A stretch of 64,000 nt of DNA from Hemiscyllium ocellatum (taxonomy: Eukaryota): positions 20,336,001 to 20,400,000 of the forward strand of contig NC_083413.1 in NCBI RefSeq assembly GCF_020745735.1, written 5' to 3'. The notes beneath the pieces were generated by a model, which ran no database searches, was not told the origin of the DNA, and saw only the letters and a list, made by a program, of their open reading frames with translations. Positions 22,901 through 35,554 of the stretch are shown piece after piece; the first letter of the stretch is position 1, and every line of letters begins with the position of its first letter. The position numbers and the translations under genes are program-made.

Positions 22901-25900
22901 GTACTGTGGAAGGAAACGGAAACACACGTGGAAAACCCACTGAAACACGGGGAAAACGTGCAAAATCCAAATTGGTACCCAAGGATGGAATTGAAACTCG
23001 GGCCTGATGCTGTTTGGCAGCAGCGTGAAGCACTGAGCCACCTTGTCGCCCAAATTTTCATCATGGTAGCTTTTCTGTTACTTCCAGTTTTTGTTGTATT
23101 GAAATTCTTCTATGTGTCATAATGCAATTTGTCCTCATGTTCCCACACTTTCTTCTGCCTTGGAAAACTTATCCAATGACGAGCGGCACGGTGGCACAGT
23201 GGTTAGCACTGCTGCCTCACAGCGCCAGAGACCAGCGTTCAATTCCCGCCTCAGGCAACTGTCTGAGTGGAGTTTTCGCATTCTCCCCGTGTCTGCATGA
23301 GCCCCCTTCGGGTGTTCCGGTTTCCTCCCCTAGTCCAAAAATGTGCAGGTTAGGTAAATTGACCATGTTGGGTGGGTTGCTCTTAGGAGCGTCGGTGTGG
23401 ACTTGTTGGGCTGCAAGTAATCTAATCAATGATGTGCCACCATCTCCCACATACCGCCCATTTGTTCACGAAGGGACAACGCCGTCATAAAGAAAACGTA
23501 GTTTCAGAAGATGTTCAAGGTTTCAGTAGAACATTCTTCTGGTAAAGCCCTACAGGGAGACAGCTCTCTTTTTGTCACGACGCTGTTTCAGCATATCATT
23601 TGACAGTTTTTTAAACTGCGTGAATGGATTATAATCATGTGATTATTTAAATGCAAAGATGTTTAGATTTAATATTGCACTTATATGCAATAATCAAATT
23701 CATTCACCCTGAAGACATTTTTAACATGTTTCCAAAAACGATGAGTTCCCAAAGAGACCTTCTTGGCAGAACGGAAGGTCCCAGCATGAGTTGGTTACTG
23801 GGAATTTGCGCCTCCATTGCGGTTTTCAGTTGAGGTGAGTGTCTCAGTGGTGTTGGAGCATCTAGATGAATGAAATCCGCAGAATTAGATGGTGAACTAA
23901 ATATGCATATCATTTCCTTTCATATACACATTTTCTCCACAGATTAGTTATTTCTCCACTTGCTCCTGTCTGAGCGATAAGCAAGAATACCCGACTTTCT
24001 TCAGAACGATACCAAGCGACAAATATCAGTCCAAAATTCTTGCTGAGCTCGTGAAAACCTTTGGTTGGAATTGGATTGGGACTGTTAGGAGCAACACAGA
24101 TTATGGGAATTTTGGTATGAGGTCATTTATCGAGGAGGTCCAAAAACTTGGGGTTTGCATCGCGTATACTGAATCGTTTCACAGAACCGATCCCGGCTGG
24201 AAAATCAAGAAAATCGTGCAGGTAATGAAAGAGGCGACCACAAAGGTGGTTGTTGGATTTTTGCAAGGTGGAGATATGCGAGTGTTAATTAAGGAGATTT
24301 GGCGCCAAAATGTAACAGGGATACAATGGATTGGAAGTGAAGGGTGGATTCGAGAAGATATATTCTCACACGAAGAAAGCGGAAGGTTTCTTATTGGGGC
24401 CATTGGTCTAACAACCAGAAGGACAGAAATATCCGGTCTCAGAGACTATCTTATCAAAATTCATCCCTCTAGGTTTCCTGACAACACTTTTGTGAAAACG
24501 TTTTGGGAGACTCTATTCTCGTGCTCTTTAATGAAGGACGACACCATAAAGACTGAAAGTTCTCCATTTCAAGTGAGGCCATGCACAGGGAATGAACATT
24601 TAGACGGGTTAGAAAATGCTTACCTTCCAGCAATAATGGACGGAAGTTCCTATCATGTGTACAAAGCCGTTTATGCTGTCGCTCATGCACTTGACGATAT
24701 GCTGTCTTGTAAAGAAGGCAATGGCCCATTTATGAATAATGCTTGTGCTCACATTTCCAGCTTTGAACCCTGGCAGGTAGGAAAATATTTCGTTTTGTTC
24801 TAGAAAAATCCCTAGCTTTGGAGTCCGTACTGTTCTATTTCCACTTACGGACTTCTTCACGGGTTCCGTTTAACAAACAGCCCTGTTTGTAAAAATATAT
24901 TTCCCTCAGAGAATGAGAGGAAAGCATTCCAAAAGTACGTATCGAAATACAAATTGAGCATAACAAATATTGGGAATTCACTCGCATAGAAATGTGGATA
25001 TCAAACCTAAATACATTATTGCAAGTACCTCCAAGGCCTTCAGCGGCATCTTTGACACAGTAAATTGTTTACGAGGTTTAGTCAGTGTTGTGATGTAGAA
25101 AACAGAAAATATAAACTCTTGCCGACGAGTAACGGTGTTAGCTTTTGTTGTGGGATAGGTATTGGTAATCTTTGTCTTTTCAGAGTCTGACTGAACCTTA
25201 TTGCTTAATTTAAAATATGTCACCCGACAATTCAGCACTCAGTGGGAGGTACTCTGCACTGTCTATCAAATCCCCGTAGTGGGACCAGACTCCATATATT
25301 CTCAAATAGAGTATTTACAGCTGACATTGACAATTCGATCTGATACCGAATATCAGAAACTTGCAAAAATGGAACATGATCTCTAAACTTGATTTGTTCT
25401 TCGCCAGATGCTAATTTATGATATCATTCATTTCTAAAGTATTGGTATTCCTTTGTAAAAAATATTTTTAATCCGTGCATCCAAATGATAATCAAACATT
25501 TACATGCCTTGCATTATCCTCCTGTAGCTGCTGCACTATCTACACTCAATAAATTTCACTGCTCAAACTGGGGAAATCGTGTATTTTGACGAAAAAGGTG
25601 ATCCAGTCCCAACGTATGACTTAGTAAATTTACAAATGAATTTGGAAGATAGACTTGAAATTATAAAAATTGGATATTATGAAGGTTCAGCACCGGAGGG
25701 ACAAGAAGTTGTTCTAAATGTGAGAGATATCGTGTGGAACTCCATTGGAAAACAGGTATTTCCTTTACGAATGTACTGAGTAACAATGGCTAAAAAAAGG
25801 TGACATTTAGACGTGAAAATAAAAGTTGAAAAGTGTTTTTGTGAACCATTATAGTGGGTGTCACTGGTGAGGCCGTTATTTATTGTCCTTTCTTATAGCC

Positions 25901-28900
25901 CTAGTTGTACACACAATTGTATGGTTTCCTCGGGCACCTGATCACATATTCACTTCTTCCCTAATCCCTTAAAACCTAAGATTTTGTTCCTCTTTCTCGT
26001 TGCGAGTACTTCTGTGCGATTCAACATTTGACAACCGACAATGACTACATTGTTATTATGAGACTCTTACTTCCGGATTTTTCTTTAATCCAAAGTCAAC
26101 CACCTTCCGTGGCAGGACTCGAACCAGGGTCCCCAGAACATTATCTGGGTTTCCGGATTAATAGCCCGGCGATAACACCACGAGGTCATCGCCTTCCCTC
26201 ATAATTACCATCATAGGTTTGAAGAAAAAATGTACCTCTAATGACTGAAAAAAAAAGGTTTTACCGATACGTTAACCTTACGTTATCGAGCGTCCTCCTA
26301 TCTCAATTTTTGCTAAAGCTGTTCCAAAATTTTAATGAATGCAATCTGTATTCACAGCCACAAATACTTCACCTACAGGTTTCGAAGTTATTTTTCCTTG
26401 AAGGACGATTTCATGTTGATCTGTGTATTGTAGAAATACATTAGTAGTCATTAGAATTAGAAATCATTTTTCTCGTCGATTTCCAACAAACGTATCAAGA
26501 ACACTTGAACTGTCAAATGCGCAATTCATCATAACAGTGTTGGTCAAAACCATGTTTCATATTTTCACTTGAATTTACTAACCTGACTGGACTAATAAAG
26601 ATTTTAACATGTAGAGCAAGACCATTGATATCTTGCCGAATGTTAATCATTCAAAGGCAATTGTAAAATGATGCATATTTAATGACACAACTTCATATGT
26701 TTGTTCAACAAAGTATTTATAAATTAAAGCAAGAGTTGTGTTTGTGGCATTGTTTTGAGATGGTCCGTGTAACTCGTTGGAAAGAAAGGGATTTCTTCAT
26801 AATTGCCTTTCAGAAGATATCGCTGACCCTTATTTTATAAACACCACAAATCACCTGATAGTGGTCGTTTTCCTTTTGGCAGGAAGCTGAAAGACATCGT
26901 TTCAACGTGAATGGAATAACGGCAACAAACTGTCAAATCAAAGCTGCGCGTGTCTTGGAGTTCAGTTGCGCGTTTCTAGGGGTTTTTTTTGTCAAACATC
27001 AGTGCCTGGCATTTCCTGAACACATATATTAATCATTCGGAATGCTTTCAAGCCTGGGTGATATCCAAGTCTTCGTCCATGTGGGTGAGACTTGTCCATT
27101 ATTAGAGCAATAGCAAATTGAACCAAGCGCTATTCAGTTTCAGCAAATAACACCATATTAATGACTTTTTTCCGTTTTACTTTCACCTACTTACCTTTTG
27201 TGGGAGATGGAGTATTTGCGGGGGACAGTGAAGAGCGCGCAGGGCAGGTGTAGGGGGTAGGGGCGGTGAGAGAGAGGGAGCCCAGCGCGATTGAAAGCGA
27301 GTCAGGGTGGGTAAGCGTTAGATAGCGAGACCAGCAAAGACAGTGATTCCGTCCTTGCAACAAAAGATTTCGCGGGCATCTGTGGCGGTGAGAGCAGGTA
27401 GCCCTAGTACCTTGGCAGATGCGGCCGTGTCGAGCACGGGAACACCGAGATCCAGTCCAATAGGGAGAGATCGAGCCCATTTGGTGAAAGCGAGCCAGCA
27501 TGGCTAAGTACGTAAGGAGATCTGCAGTGTTGAAACATTATTTTTATTTATTTTTCTACTTTATGCTAAGGACATTATTGTTGAACTTTTAGCTATATTG
27601 TTTATTTTTCAAGGTACCTAGGTACTTTTGGATCTAAGATTGTACCTGGAATGGCAACAGTGTACACTGTTCACTGCAGTCCTTTATCCCCGTACTTGAT
27701 AATATTAATAATACTAATATTATATGATGATAGTTCACGTGAAAGAAATCTCGGTCCAATTCTTATCTTAAAATTCCTTGTTATGTGGTACCGCTGAGCG
27801 AGTCGTGTTTGACAGCACTAATGATGTTATGATTTTGCTGACGATCGAGTGTGAGTGAGGGATGGGTTTTGGCTAGGTGGACAGTGAAATTGTCACGCTT
27901 GACGGGCAGGGCTTACTTCGGTAAATTTCAAGAAATTTCGTACCTGCGTTGGGCAGTTTGGAGTTCCTGTTGTATCCACTGCGCTTAGCCGTTTCTCCAT
28001 ATCTCAGATAGATCTCCTGGGCTGAAAATGTTTGAAAGCACTTGAGCGCAAATAGAACATAGAACATAGAAAAATACAGCGCAGTACAGGCCCTTCAGCC
28101 CTCGATGTTGCGCCGATCCAAGCCCACCTAACCTACACTAGCCCACTATCCTCCATATGCCTATCCAATTAAATGCCCATAAAGAGGGAGAGTCCACCAC
28201 TGCTACTGGCAGGGCATTCCATGAACTCACGACTCGCTGAGTAAAGAATCTACCCCTAACATCAGTCCTATACCTACCACCCCTTAATATAAAGCTATGC
28301 CCCGACGTAATAGCTGACTCCATACGTGGAAAAAGGTTCTCATGGTCAACCCTATCTAAACCCCTAATCATCTTCTACACCTCTATCAAGTCACCCCTAA
28401 ACCTTCTTTTCTCCAATGAAAACAGTCCCAAGTGCCTCAGTCTTTCTAAATATGATCTTCCTACCATACCAGGCAACATCCTGGTAAATCTCCTTTGCAT
28501 CCGTTCCAGTGCCTCCACATCCTTCCTATAGTATGGCGACCAAAACTGCACACAATACTCCAGATGCGGCCGCACCAGAGTCTTATACAACTGCAACATG
28601 ACCTCAGGACTCCGGAACTCAATTCCTCTACCAATAAAAGCCAGTACGCCATATGCCTTCTTCACAGCACAATTTACCTGGGTGTCAATTTTCAGAGAAC
28701 TGGGTATATGGACACCAAGATCCCTCTGCTCATCCACACTACAAAGTATCCGACCATTAGCCCAGTACTTCATCTTCTTGTTAACTCTTACCAAAGTGAA
28801 TCACTTCACACTTATCTACATTGAACTCCTTTTGCCACCTTTCTGCCCAGCTCTGCCGCTTATCTATATCCCGCTGTAACCTGCCACATCCTTCCTCATT

Positions 28901-30593
28901 GTCAACAACTCCACCTAATTTCGTATAATCCGCAATGTGATGTAATCCACTATCATTGATGTCGAACAGGTTCAGGGACCAGCTATCTCTTTTGAACTGA
29001 TATCTGACCACTACCATATAGGACTGGATGTGGCAACGAGAAAATTAGTGACATCCAGTTTCCAGTGGCAAAAGATTGGTCACTTATAGAACGAAGGCGC
29101 TGGACGCAAAATATAATACCCAGAGAATTGTCATGATCTGCAATGGATTATCTGATGGGCAGTAACGTGTCGATTAGTCGATATTCAAAACACTATTGGC
29201 TTAATATTTGAAGTGAAAAACTGACAGGGAACAGTGTCAGGCTGCAGACATTGCCATATACTTCTACCAATGACAAAATACGAGCATCTCAATATGTTAA
29301 AAATCACACAACACCAGGTTATACTCCAACATGTTTATGTTTAAGCACTAGCTGTCAGAGGGCCGCTCCTCCATTAGGTTGTGTGATGTTTAACCTCGGC
29401 CACCCAGTCCAACATCGGCACCTCCAAGTCATCTCAATATGCGTTATACTCCGAATCGAATATATGGATAACACATGTATCTTTACTTTGTCTTAGATTC
29501 CACGTGCCCTTTGCTCAGAACCTTGCCCACAAGGCACAAGAAAGGTCAGCAGGAAAGGTCAGCCAATATGTTGTTTTGACTGCGCAGAGTGCGCCGATGG
29601 TGAGATTAGCAACACCACAGGTATGTACAAACATGGCGGCCACACTCTGCTCCATGGACAAAGTTATTTGCATATTAATTTTTTTTCATTCTTGCAGATT
29701 CCACCGACTGCGTGAAGTGTCCTTTGGAATATTGGTCCAGTCAACAAAAAGATCATTGTGTTCCCAAAAAGATTGAGTTTCTTTCCTTCCAAGAGGTTCT
29801 GGGCTGCGTCTTAGGGGGTTTTGCTTTAGTGGGAGTATGTCTTTCATTGTGTGCAACTACTATATTCTTCCGGTATCGCGAAACTCCTCTAGTTCGAGCA
29901 AACAATTCGGAGCTGAGCTTCCTCCTCCTCTTTGCACTAACACTTTGCTTCCTGTGCTCACTTACCTTCATTGGAAAACCGACTGAATGGTCTTGCATGT
30001 TGCGGAGGACTGCGTTTGGAATTGTATTTGTTCTCTGTATTTCCTGTATTTTGGGGAAAACGGTTCTTGTTGTGATCGCTTTTAAAGCAACTCTTCCCAA
30101 CAACAACTTGATGAACTGGTTTGGACCCATGCAGCAACGGTTAAGTGTGTTCGCCCTCACATTTCTTCAAGGTTTAATTTGCACAATCTGGCTCATTGTA
30201 TCACCTCCTTATCCAGTGAAAAACATGACGTATTATAGAGACATCATTATTTTGGAATGTGACGTGGGCTCTTTAAAAGCGTTTTATTTTGTATCCAGTT
30301 ATATTGGTCTTCTCTGCACTGTATGCTTCCTGTTGGCTTTTCTTGCCCGGAAACTTCCAGATAATTTCAACGACGCGAAGTATATAACTTTCAGTATGCT
30401 GATCTTCTGTGCTGTTTGGATCACTTTCATTCCGGCTTATGTCAGCTCTCCTGGAAAGTACACGGTGGCTGTCGAAGTGTTTGCCATTTGGGCGTCAAGC
30501 TTTGGTTTACTTGTCTGCATTTTTGCTCCAAAATGTTATATTCTCTTAGTCAAACCGGAGAATAACACAAAGAAAAACATGATGGGCAAATGA
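19730..30593 (+). CDS. V2R/OlfC vomeronasal type-2-like receptor (CaSR-like class C GPCR), complete gene A, 860 aa; join(19730-19938,22422-22713,23943-24776,25528-25755,29497-29620,29698-30593)
   Basis: Six exons of 209/292/834/228/124/896 bp with GT-AG introns and compatible phases, total 2583 nt. Signal peptide; Venus flytrap motifs ([36 protein letters not shown]); cysteine-rich domain (CSEPC..CCFDC); 7TM ([32 protein letters not shown]). Confidence 0.95.
22422..22713 (+). CDS. V2R gene A exon 2
   Basis: cag|TTTTGATATC ... CCAATG|gtaatg, 292 bp, [20 protein letters not shown]. Confidence 0.93.
23183..23428 (+). mobile_element. HE1-like tRNA-derived SINE
   Basis: GGCACGGTGGCACAGTGGTTAGCACTGCTGCCTCACAGCGCCAG head with A/B boxes, TCTCCCCGTGTCTGC core, AAGTAATCTAATC tail. 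Confidence 0.8.
23943..24776 (+). CDS. V2R gene A exon 3
   Basis: cag|ATTAGTTAT ... TGGCAG|gtagga, 834 bp open, [35 protein letters not shown]. Confidence 0.95.
25528..25755 (+). CDS. V2R gene A exon 4
   Basis: tag|CTGCTGCAC ... AAACAG|gtattt, 228 bp, [13 protein letters not shown]. Confidence 0.93.
25855..26200 (-). mobile_element. tRNA-derived SINE remnant, DeuSINE/SacSINE-like (paralogous at ~46995 and ~63970)
   Basis: tRNA-like head on minus strand at 26100-26200; GTCACTGGT.AGGCC..ATTTATTG end. Family name is from recollection and uncertain. Confidence 0.45.
28052..28930 (-). mobile_element. Young CR1 LINE 3' fragment in intron 4 of gene A
   Basis: [23 protein letters not shown]; (TTCTATG)n tail; possible TSD CGCAA 28047/28931; absent from the paralogous site near 48865. 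Confidence 0.92.
29497..29620 (+). CDS. V2R gene A exon 5 (cysteine-rich domain)
   Basis: 124 bp, [41 protein letters not shown], donor gtatgt. Confidence 0.93.
29698..30593 (+). CDS. V2R gene A exon 6 (7TM domain)
   Basis: Follows a 77-bp intron; open 7TM reading frame to TGA at 30591-30593. Confidence 0.95.
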
Positions 30594-31539
30594 TCTTCAT
30601 TCTAGTTCTAAGCTTTCTCGATTTCTGCCCATAAAACGTTCAGTCTGGTGATTGTTGTTCCAATATTAACATTTCTTGTTGAGTAAACAATTTGCATTTG
30701 CTTTCGTAAATTTGTGTTTTCTTCTAATAAATAGAACCATAACGATTTACTTCGATTTTGCTTCATCTTTCTTGTTATTCGTGAAGGCTGTTTTGTAACC
30801 GAGGTTTAAACGTATTGGCGCCGACGGTGAGCCGCTTATGTTGGTCTGAATATGATTTCCATGCACAAGCTGCACTGATTAATTTGGCCCTTCGTTTCGT
30901 TCGCCATGCTTTTCATTTAGCTCGTTGACTGGGGTAATTTTCATCTCAGTTTGTTCAATCACGATGTGCAGTTGCACATTCTCCGCATAGAACAGGGCCT
31001 ATTGCTGTCCAATCAACCAAAGAACTGCATGTGCTAGAGATCGGAAATAAAACCGCAAGTGCTGGAGAACCCTAGAAAGTATGGCAGCCTCCGTGGAGAG
31101 TTAACGTTCTCTATCAGGAATGCTAGAAGCTCGGAAAAAAAACTGATGTTTATGCCGCAGCCAAATTGGGGGAAAAGTTTCCGGTGGAGATCGACCTGGA
31201 CAGACAGAGAATTGAAATGGGCCGGTTAATAATAAGACAAAGGATAGCAGACCAGGACAAGAGAAAAGCTGAAGAACTGATCAGAAAATTGAAGTGAAAA
31301 AATGGCAGGGTTGTGCTGAAAGCAAAAATCATGGACCTAGTAGTAGGCGAGAGTTAAAAGTAACTCATGACATAATAGAATTCGGTATGGAGTGGGCAAA
31401 AAAAAACTTGGAAGGATGGAATCAGGCTCTAAAGTTATTGAAGCTGATGTTGAGATCTAGAAACTGCAGGGTCTCCGGAGGGAAAATGCGATTTCAGCAC
31501 TCTTGCACATAATTTACTAAAACGAAGACATGTTCAGTA

Positions 31540-32400
31540 GGTTATAGGAAGGAAAATGAAAAATTGGCCTTTATTTCAAAGGGAGTGGTACATGTTGCGC
31601 CTGCAGTCATAGCGCTTCGAAGAATGGGAGGCGACCTTCTTGAAACATACAAAGTTCTTAGGGAAATTGACAGGGTAAATGCAAAAGGTTATAATCTCGC
31701 GATGGAGAATGTAGGAGCAGAGGGCTTAATCTCAGTATAAGTGGTCGCCCACTTAAGACAGAGATGAGGTGTACAAAAGCTTGGTTGGACAGACTCAGGT
31801 TTTCCTTCGGACAGAAGAGATTGAGAACGGACGTGACTAAGACTTATCTAACTGCGCAGCATAAAGATCGTGTACCCTTGATAGAGGAATAAATGACCAA
31901 GGGCATAGCTTTGAGGTAAGAGGCAGAAGGTTCAGAGGAGGTGTGAGGACAAACGTCCTTACTCAGATGGTCGTGGGAATCTGGAACTCCTTGTTTGCAA
32001 GAGTGTCAGAGGCAGAAACCTTCAGAACTAGTAGTAAGCATTTAGATATGCACTTATAATGCCCCAACAAATAAAACTATGAGCCAAGTGGTGGATAATG
32101 GGATTAGAGGATAATTAGGTCCTTGTGGATTTCCGGCATGTATACAATGTGCTGAAGGGCCATTTCATGTGCTGAAGATCTGTCTGGCTCTATGAATATC
32201 TTCCCTTTGAGGATAATGAATCTGTGGAATTACTTACCACATTGGCGTTGTAGGGCTTCATCTTTAAGTACGTCTGAGTATCTGATATAGATAGACTTTT
32301 AATTAACAAGGGGATTAATTGAGGCAAAAAATTGGAGTCGCGGATTATCAGAGCCATGATCTAATTGAATGGCGGATTGTCTCCATGGGCTGAATAGCCT
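31540..32400 (+). mobile_element. Old CR1 3' remnants in the V2R 5' flank (paralogous remnants at ~4330-4485/7690-8160 and ~58050-58830)
   Basis: Degenerate CR1 3' ORF2/UTR sequence at the same position upstream of several exon-1 copies. Confidence 0.65.
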
Positions 32401-33426
32401 GTTTTTGTTGTGGTTTTAGTGGCAATCACTAGCAGGATTAATCCTTCTTGCATTCCTGTTGTCTTATTGGAAAATTTTGATTAACTTGGAGTTATTAAGT
32501 TCACTTTTTTAAAAATCTCACGTGAACTTTATCTGCAGAAATACGGATCCATTATTCATGATTGACCATATCATTGAAGATGTCCCGCTGGCAGGTTGAT
32601 TGAGCAATGTCTCAGGGAAGTAATCAGTTTGATCAGGTCCTAAGTGATTCATTTGCTGTGTGGCGCTGTGGGACGTTATTTGGCTTCACGTTTATTCTTA
32701 TCTCACTTAGTCTAATGAAGGTTCCTCGAAAGAAAATGATGGCTAAGTTTCTGAAAATCTCGTTGCTAGCACTTGTGCCTACATGGGAATCAGATGGAAT
32801 GGTCTGCAAGCCGTGAACCAAATATGACTTAATGAGTTTGTCTGAAGATAGTGATGTTATCCTCAACGGCAAATTTTCAGCACATTTCGATGTGAACCAT
32901 GATGTTTCATCATTTGCCATTAGTCCAACAGGCATGTATTGTGAAAGGTAGGCCAGTGCATTATAGATAAAGAAATCCTGATTTCACATAACCACACATC
33001 TGGATTAATTTTCCGAATTCAGTGGGTAGTCATCAACTGTAGCATTTAAAGAGTTTTGCTTTTGTTCCTAACATGATTATGAATAATCATCACTCTCAGC
33101 TCTGTAAATAATTCTACAATGTTGAATTTCAATTTGATATTGCATGCAATATATGGACCAAATAAGTTCTCAAGAAAATTGATATCAGAGCCGAAATGTT
33201 GACACAGTTGCTCTCTCAACAGATACTGCCTAGACCTGCTGAGGTTTTCTGACGAATCCTGTATTGTGTTTAAGAGAAGAATGGTGACTTGGAGCGACAA
33301 GGAATTATCCACGAACTTTTCTTTATTGTCTTCGTAGTATAAAAATTGTAACGTACTCGGCAGAGAATTCTAAAGGAATTGCTAACATTATATGTAATGC
33401 ATTGAAGTTATATCGAATATATATCG

Positions 33427-35119
33427 AAAATGACAAACCAGCCAACCGAACATCAGCGACAGGAAATGTAACAGAAACCTGACAAAAGTGCAGATTTAAA
33501 ACATTTAGAAATGAAACAAAAAGCAATAAAATGCTCGTATTGATTTAAGAAAGGTAAAGTTTGCCTGTCCAATTATTTTGATTTTTTGAGAAGGAGGTAT
33601 AGAAAGAGAGTGAGTGCATTTTTAAATGAACTTTCAAAAGTCTTTCGACTTTTGCTCAGCAATAAAATGAGACAATGTGGTGTCACGGGAAATTGACAGA
33701 AAGATTTGCCGATTATCTTCACTACAGAAAGCAAAGAGTGAGAACAAAGACTTGTTATTCACAGAGGGAGAAGGAGGAAAATGATTTTTCATTCATATCA
33801 ATTCAACATACGCTTTGTGCACCTGCGGTAATTTTATTGGAACCAGTTGAGCAATATTTTGTGCGTATCTGCGAACAAAATCAGAATAATATTCATCAAG
33901 GTGTATAAAATTACCCAAAACCTCTTGTGCAGTTACCCTGACGTCAATTTCTTGCATGGACTTTGTGATAGTCGGAAACATTGTGTTCTCCTAATCATCG
34001 ATGCTCTTTTCGTTGTTGATGACCAGATGGCTAAATCACTGAATTATATTGGGACAGCACACAAATACAAAGATGCCACCAAGTTACAAACTATTTTCCG
34101 TGGATAGTTATGCCCCCCTTCTCAATATATTACGATTTAAACCCCATTCTCTTCCAGTTTTTTACTTGTTAATTAGGTATGGACTTGATGATTGTGATGA
34201 TTGAAAGAATAGTCCAACAAGTGAAGATTTGGGTCTGGACGTGAGGAATGAAGCAAAGAAGAGAAGTAACAGCTCTTTTGACACAGTGATCATACACTTT
34301 ATTTGAATGGCGAATGAGAACTGAGAATAACATAAGTATGGTGGAAGTCGGTTAAAAATGTGGGGGGGGGGGAGGGGGGCATTAATTTTTCGAGCTTGCG
34401 AATACAGATTGGGAATGTAAACTGGGCAACAACATTCAGAATAGACGATGTAGAACAGCATGGGAATGGTAGGAAACGATGTGCAACTGAAAATAATAAG
34501 TATCTGCAGGACACACTAAACAAAATCCACTTTGATTGCAGCCACTTATTTTAAATGAATCTTGGGAGCTATAAGACAAATGTTTAATTTTAAACAAAAC
34601 ACACATACATTATAAGAGGACAGCTGAGTGGTTTATGTAACTAATGCAATGAGGAAAGAAAAATGACAAACCAGCCAACGCTTATGCTCGAAACGTCGAA
34701 TTCTCTGTTCCTGAGATGCTGCCTGACCTGCTGTGCTTTGACCAGCAACACATTTGCAACCGAACATCATTGACAGGAAATGTAACAGAAACCTGACAAA
34801 AGTGCAGATTTACAACATTTAGAAATGAAACAAAATGCAATAAAATGCTCGTATTGATTTAAGACAGGTAAAGTTTGCCTGTCCAATTATTTTGATTTTT
34901 TGAGAAGGAGGTATAGAAAGAGATTGAGTGCATTTTTAAATGAACTTTCAAAAGAATTTCTACTTTTGCTCAGCAATAAAATGAGACAATGTGGTGTCAC
35001 GGGAAATTGACAGAAAGATTTGCCGATTATCTTCACTACAGAAAGCAAAGAGTGAGAACAAAGACTTGTTATTCACAGAGGGAGAAGGAGGAAAGTGATT
35101 TTTCATTCATATCAATTCA
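33427..35119 (+). repeat. ~380-bp direct repeat (33427-33805 and ~34659-35119, second copy with 77-bp insert)
   Basis: Near-identical sequence from AAAATGACAAACCAGCC to CATATCAATTCA. Confidence 0.92.
34680..34756 (+). mobile_element. 77-bp pLTR fragment (3' half of hammerhead + tail) with 4-bp TSD
   Basis: Matches 39973-40049; TSD CAAC; empty site visible at 33440-33450. Confidence 0.8.
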
Positions 35120-35554
35120 GCTATCAATGTTGTTTGCCTGAATAACCTGGACTTTAACACCGAAACTGCACTTTCTAAAAACACTGAGGACAGAAACCTG
35201 AGAGTTATGAATGCTGAACAGACCAGACCAGATTGGAGGAGAGATTAACACATTTACAAAATCGGAAATTAGTGACAATGTAGTTCAACACAGTTCCATA
35301 TGAAATAGTGCATTTTGCTACAAAGTTTGGAGAGATCGTGTATCACTTTGAACCTACATGTGTAGGAAAAGTAAATATTTCATTACAATTAGACCAATCA
35401 CTAAATACAATATCACAAGTTAGCAAGTTATTATCAAAACAAGCCAAAATAATAAATTTTATTTCTAAAGTGGTAAAACTGAAATGTAGGGAGATTCTCA
35501 TAAACTTGCATTGGACATTGGTTGGACTGCGCTAAGTGTGTCATATGCAGTTAT

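Larger units (their letters stand above)
22226..23929 (+). repeat. 189-bp direct repeat (22226-22414 and 23741-23929)
   Basis: Only 2 mismatches by eye; each copy ends just before a splice acceptor. Confidence 0.95.

Noticed and set aside
23183-23260. tRNA gene
   Set aside because: tRNA-like A/B boxes run straight into SINE core and tail; many decayed copies; it is a SINE head.
28051-28075. Short tandem repeats (CATAGAA)n as a CRISPR-like or satellite array
   Set aside because: These are CR1 3' terminal microsatellite tails; no spacers; eukaryotic context.
29753-30160. Antisense ORFs over exon 6 and exon 3 (also 49601-49927, 62045-62398)
   Set aside because: Reverse-frame shadows of conserved coding exons with no independent evidence.
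19730-30593. Calling the gene CASR or GPRC6A
   Set aside because: Tandem multicopy array, very short C-tail and V2R-type motifs indicate V2R/OlfC; orthology cannot be assigned by eye, so no symbol is given.
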